Source: Bacteroidota bacterium (GTDB lineage Bacteria; Bacteroidota; Bacteroidia; CAILMK01; JAAYUY01). Taken from it: 35,220 nucleotides of DNA. The position numbers were made by a program, and so were the translations under genes. The first letter of the stretch is position 1, and every line of letters starts with the position of its first letter. The DNA is taken from contig JAYEOP010000303.1 in NCBI GenBank assembly GCA_034723125.1, forward strand, positions 1 to 35,220, given 5' to 3'. A model generated the notes under the pieces. The model was not told where the DNA came from, made no database searches, and worked only from the letters and a program-made list of their open reading frames with translations. Positions 33,230-35,220 of the stretch are shown one piece after another.

Positions 33230-33702
33230 AGGGAGGTTCTATAAATACATTCGCATTAAGATTTCCAGAGTTTTTTATAGACAATGAAAAAATTTGAAAC
33301 AAATCGGGATAATGTAAAAAGTTTTGAAGAAGTATATAAAAAACTCTGAAAACCCTTTGGGAACAAAGATAATAAACAATCTGACTGCGTTAAAATTTTT
33401 CTCAATAGCTTGTGCCTCCGCTAAAGCTTCAGCGACACGCGGACGGCTATTCAGAAAAATTTGTGCCTTGCATCTTATTCATTATCTTTGTTTCTTAAAA
33501 GAAATGTATTTAGTCTTTCTAAGAAAACACCAAATAACAAATTTCAAATGACAAATAAACACCAAATAATAAAATTCCAATTTTTCAAAATGTTTGAATA
33601 TTAGATAATTGGTTATTGAGAATTATTTGTTTTTTGATGTTTGAGATTTGTTATTTTTAAAATGAATAGTTTTCTAAGAGGCACTATTTAAAGAACCTCC
33701 CT
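33230..33702 (+). mobile_element. R1 MITE, copy c. It carries a nested R2 element in its right TIR and a 32-nt GC-rich insertion in its central hairpin.
   Basis: Left TIR AGGGAGGTTCTATAAATACATT. The right TIR AATGTATT / TTTAAAGAACCTCCCT is split by 33511-33686. Flanked by TT on both sides (33228-33229 and 33703-33704). 33411-33442 (TGTGCCTCCGCTAAAGCTTCAGCGACACGCGG) is absent from copy a. Confidence 0.8.
33511..33686. mobile_element. R2 MITE-like element, copy e, nested in R1 copy c.
   Basis: TAGTCTTTCTAAGAAAAC at the left end and AGTTTTCTAAGAGGCACTA at the right end. Flanked by TT on both sides. Removing it plus one TT restores the R1 TIR AATGTATTTAAAGAACCTCCCT. The interior is itself a long imperfect palindrome. 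Confidence 0.75.
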
Positions 33703-33850
33703 TTATATATTCCAACTTATTATTTTTTTACCAAAGTGATAATTTACTTTTGCGAAAATTTGATGATTCCTAGTTGCTGCTTACACAAGTTCAAGCTTTT
33801 TATTGTAATAAATAGCATCCATTTTGTCTATTATACCTGATTTTATAAAA

Positions 33851-33883
33851 ATAAAAAAGCCATTTCAAAATTGAAATGGCTTT
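33851..33883 (-). terminator. Rho-independent terminator of the PLP-enzyme gene.
   Basis: 12-bp stem AAGCCATTTCAA / TTGAAATGGCTT with a T-run on the minus strand (A-run 33852-33857 on plus), ~25 nt past the stop at 33907. Confidence 0.7.
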
Positions 33884-33906
33884 AAATTTAATTTTGTTTG
33901 GTAATT

Positions 33907-35097
33907 TTACAATTTGTCAATACACTTTTTAATAGTAACAAAAGTATCTTCAATATCATTGTCTAAACCAACACTATATCGTACCAAACCAGGGCTAAGT
34001 CCCATTTCTTTTTGCTTGTCTTCAGGTATTTCCGAAGAAGTGCTTTTCCCTGAGTTGCTAAATATAGTTCTGAAATAACCAAGGCTAACTGCTAAGTAAC
34101 CAACACCTTCGTCTTGCATCATGCTCATTAGTTTTGAGGCTTTTTCAGGGGTTTCTAAATCAATAGCAATCATACCACCAAAACCAAATTCTTCGTTCAT
34201 CATTGATTTCATTAGTTGGTGTTGTTCGAATTCTTCCAAACCGGGATAATTTACAGAAATACCGGCTTCCTTAAATCTCTTAGCCATAATAGCAGCATTT
34301 TTACTATGCTGTTTCATTCTAATGTGAAGAGTAAAGAGATTCTTGTGAATACTTGATGATCTCATTGTGTCTAAAACTCCACCGAGAAGCATACTTGTGC
34401 CATCATTTAAATCAAGTAGAGAATCGATAAACTCTTTACTAGCACAAATTGCACCTGCTGTGGTGTCATTTTTTCCATTTATAAATTTTGTCATTGAATA
34501 AACAACAATGTCAGCACCTAATTGGAAAGGTGAAAATATCATAGGAGTAAAAGTATTGTCAACAACTAATTTGAGATTATTTGCTTTTGCAATTTTACTA
34601 AGCTCTGGTATGTCAGAAATCTGAAGCAATGGATTTGTCATTGTTTCAGTATAAATAATTTTTGTGTTGGGTTTAATAGCATTTTTAACTTTTTCCAAAT
34701 CTGTAATATTTACAAAAGTAGTGTCGATGTTAAATTTCTGTAAATAATTTTTCATAAAAGCGTAAGAACCACCATAAGAAGTTTCTGTTGCTACAATATG
34801 GTCACCCGAGTTACAAATTTGTAAGATAGCGTTTGTAATTGCTGCCATACCTGAACCTGTTACCCATGCAGATTCTGTACCTTCCATTGCTGCAAGGGCT
34901 TTGCATAATGTCATGTTTGATGGATTCCAATGCCTGCTATATAAAAATGCTTCTTTTTCACCTTGAAAAGTATCTAACATATCTTCGCCACTGTTGAAGC
35001 AAAAGGTTGCTGAATCTGTGATTGGTTGATTTACACCATTAAAAGGACCCATCTGAGAGGTCTTCTCAATGTTTTTTGCCGGATCAAATTTATTCAT
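33907..35097 (-). CDS. Cys/Met-metabolism PLP-dependent enzyme (methionine gamma-lyase / cystathionine gamma-synthase / O-acetylhomoserine sulfhydrylase family).
   Basis: 396 aa. YSRHWNPS, GSGMAAI, DNTF, and the PLP-lysine context VVYSMTKFINGKND. Confidence 0.85.
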   Translation of the reverse strand: MNKFDPAKNIEKTSQMGPFNGVNQPITDSATFCFNSGEDMLDTFQGEKEAFLYSRHWNPSNMTLCKALAAMEGTESAWVTGSGMAAITNAILQICNSGDHIVATETSYGGSYAFMKNYLQKFNIDTTFVNITDLEKVKNAIKPNTKIIYTETMTNPLLQISDIPELSKIAKANNLKLVVDNTFTPMIFSPFQLGADIVVYSMTKFINGKNDTTAGAICASKEFIDSLLDLNDGTSMLLGGVLDTMRSSSIHKNLFTLHIRMKQHSKNAAIMAKRFKEAGISVNYPGLEEFEQHQLMKSMMNEEFGFGGMIAIDLETPEKASKLMSMMQDEGVGYLAVSLGYFRTIFSNSGKSTSSEIPEDKQKEMGLSPGLVRYSVGLDNDIEDTFVTIKKCIDKL

Positions 35098-35133
35098 GTT
35101 TTAATTTTTTTAATTTAATGTTTAATAATTTTA

Positions 35134-35141
35134 CAAAATTA
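35134..35141 (-). promoter_or_regulatory. Candidate -7 box (TAATTTTG on the minus strand) for the PLP-enzyme gene.
   Basis: CAAAATTA on the plus strand, 37 nt upstream of the ATG at 35097. Confidence 0.35.
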
Positions 35142-35220
35142 ATGATTTTATTTGAATTATTCAGTGGAGGTTATTATTTTTTTTATGAATAAATTGTAGC
35201 AATTACCTTTCTATTTCCTC

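Noticed and set aside
33324-33551. ORFs lying in repeat-filled intergenic DNA: 33324..33551 inside R1 copy c, 8970..9170 inside R2 copy b, 24474..24659 across R2 copy c, and 3289..3519 across the junction of the tandem genes.
   Set aside because: Each is explained by repeat-element or junction sequence. The same sequence in other copies is not open, and the translations are low complexity.
1-35220. tRNA, rRNA, tmRNA, RNase P, SRP RNA or riboswitches, for example a SAM riboswitch ahead of the Cys/Met PLP-enzyme gene at 35098-35220.
   Set aside because: No conserved cores were recognised (no T-loop GGTTCGAATCC-type motifs, no rRNA-like segments). The 5' region of the PLP gene is about 120 nt of nearly pure AT with no obvious paired structure.

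Overview
AT-rich window (about 30% G+C by eye) that looks like an anaerobic Bacteroidota chromosome. Support: T9SS C-terminal sorting domains, TTTG-N19-TAnnTTTG promoter boxes, Rex, and a Na+-pumping methylmalonyl-CoA decarboxylase operon. Left to right: (1) Two tandem 3.38-kb paralogous genes for Cys-rich, PKD-containing, T9SS-sorted surface proteins. The left copy is missing from the ORF track because it runs off the window, but it translates open. (2) An acyl-CoA dehydrogenase. (3) An 11-gene, ~11.5-kb minus-strand chemosensory (Che-like) operon: STAS, cheY, cheA, cheW, mcp, cheR, a soluble HK-like protein whose H-box histidine is replaced by Asn, cheD, cheB, then two paralogous REC-HisKA-HATPase-REC hybrid kinases. 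(4) A J-domain plus ribbon-helix-helix gene pair, a T9SS protein with two internal repeats, and a small secreted protein. (5) rex, a dksA/traR-type zinc-finger gene and an orphan receiver. (6) The mce-mmdA-oadG-like-mmdC-mmdB operon, with a ~165-aa N-terminal extension on the Na+-pump beta subunit. (7) A toxin-like gene split by a 264-bp MITE, followed by an XRE-HTH protein with an extra ~190-aa C-terminal domain that may be SecB-like. (8) A Cys/Met-metabolism PLP enzyme. Almost every long intergenic region holds at least five families of short TIR or hairpin repeats (named R1-R5 here). They are often nested, several have identifiable target-site duplications, and one carries an outward-facing Bacteroidota-type promoter. 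No tRNA, rRNA, CRISPR array or transposase gene was seen. The best candidates for something new are the Che-like phosphorelay with its degenerate kinase, the MITE-disrupted toxin / HTH-plus-extra-domain module, and the MITE network itself. All homology calls come from motif recognition by eye, not database searches.
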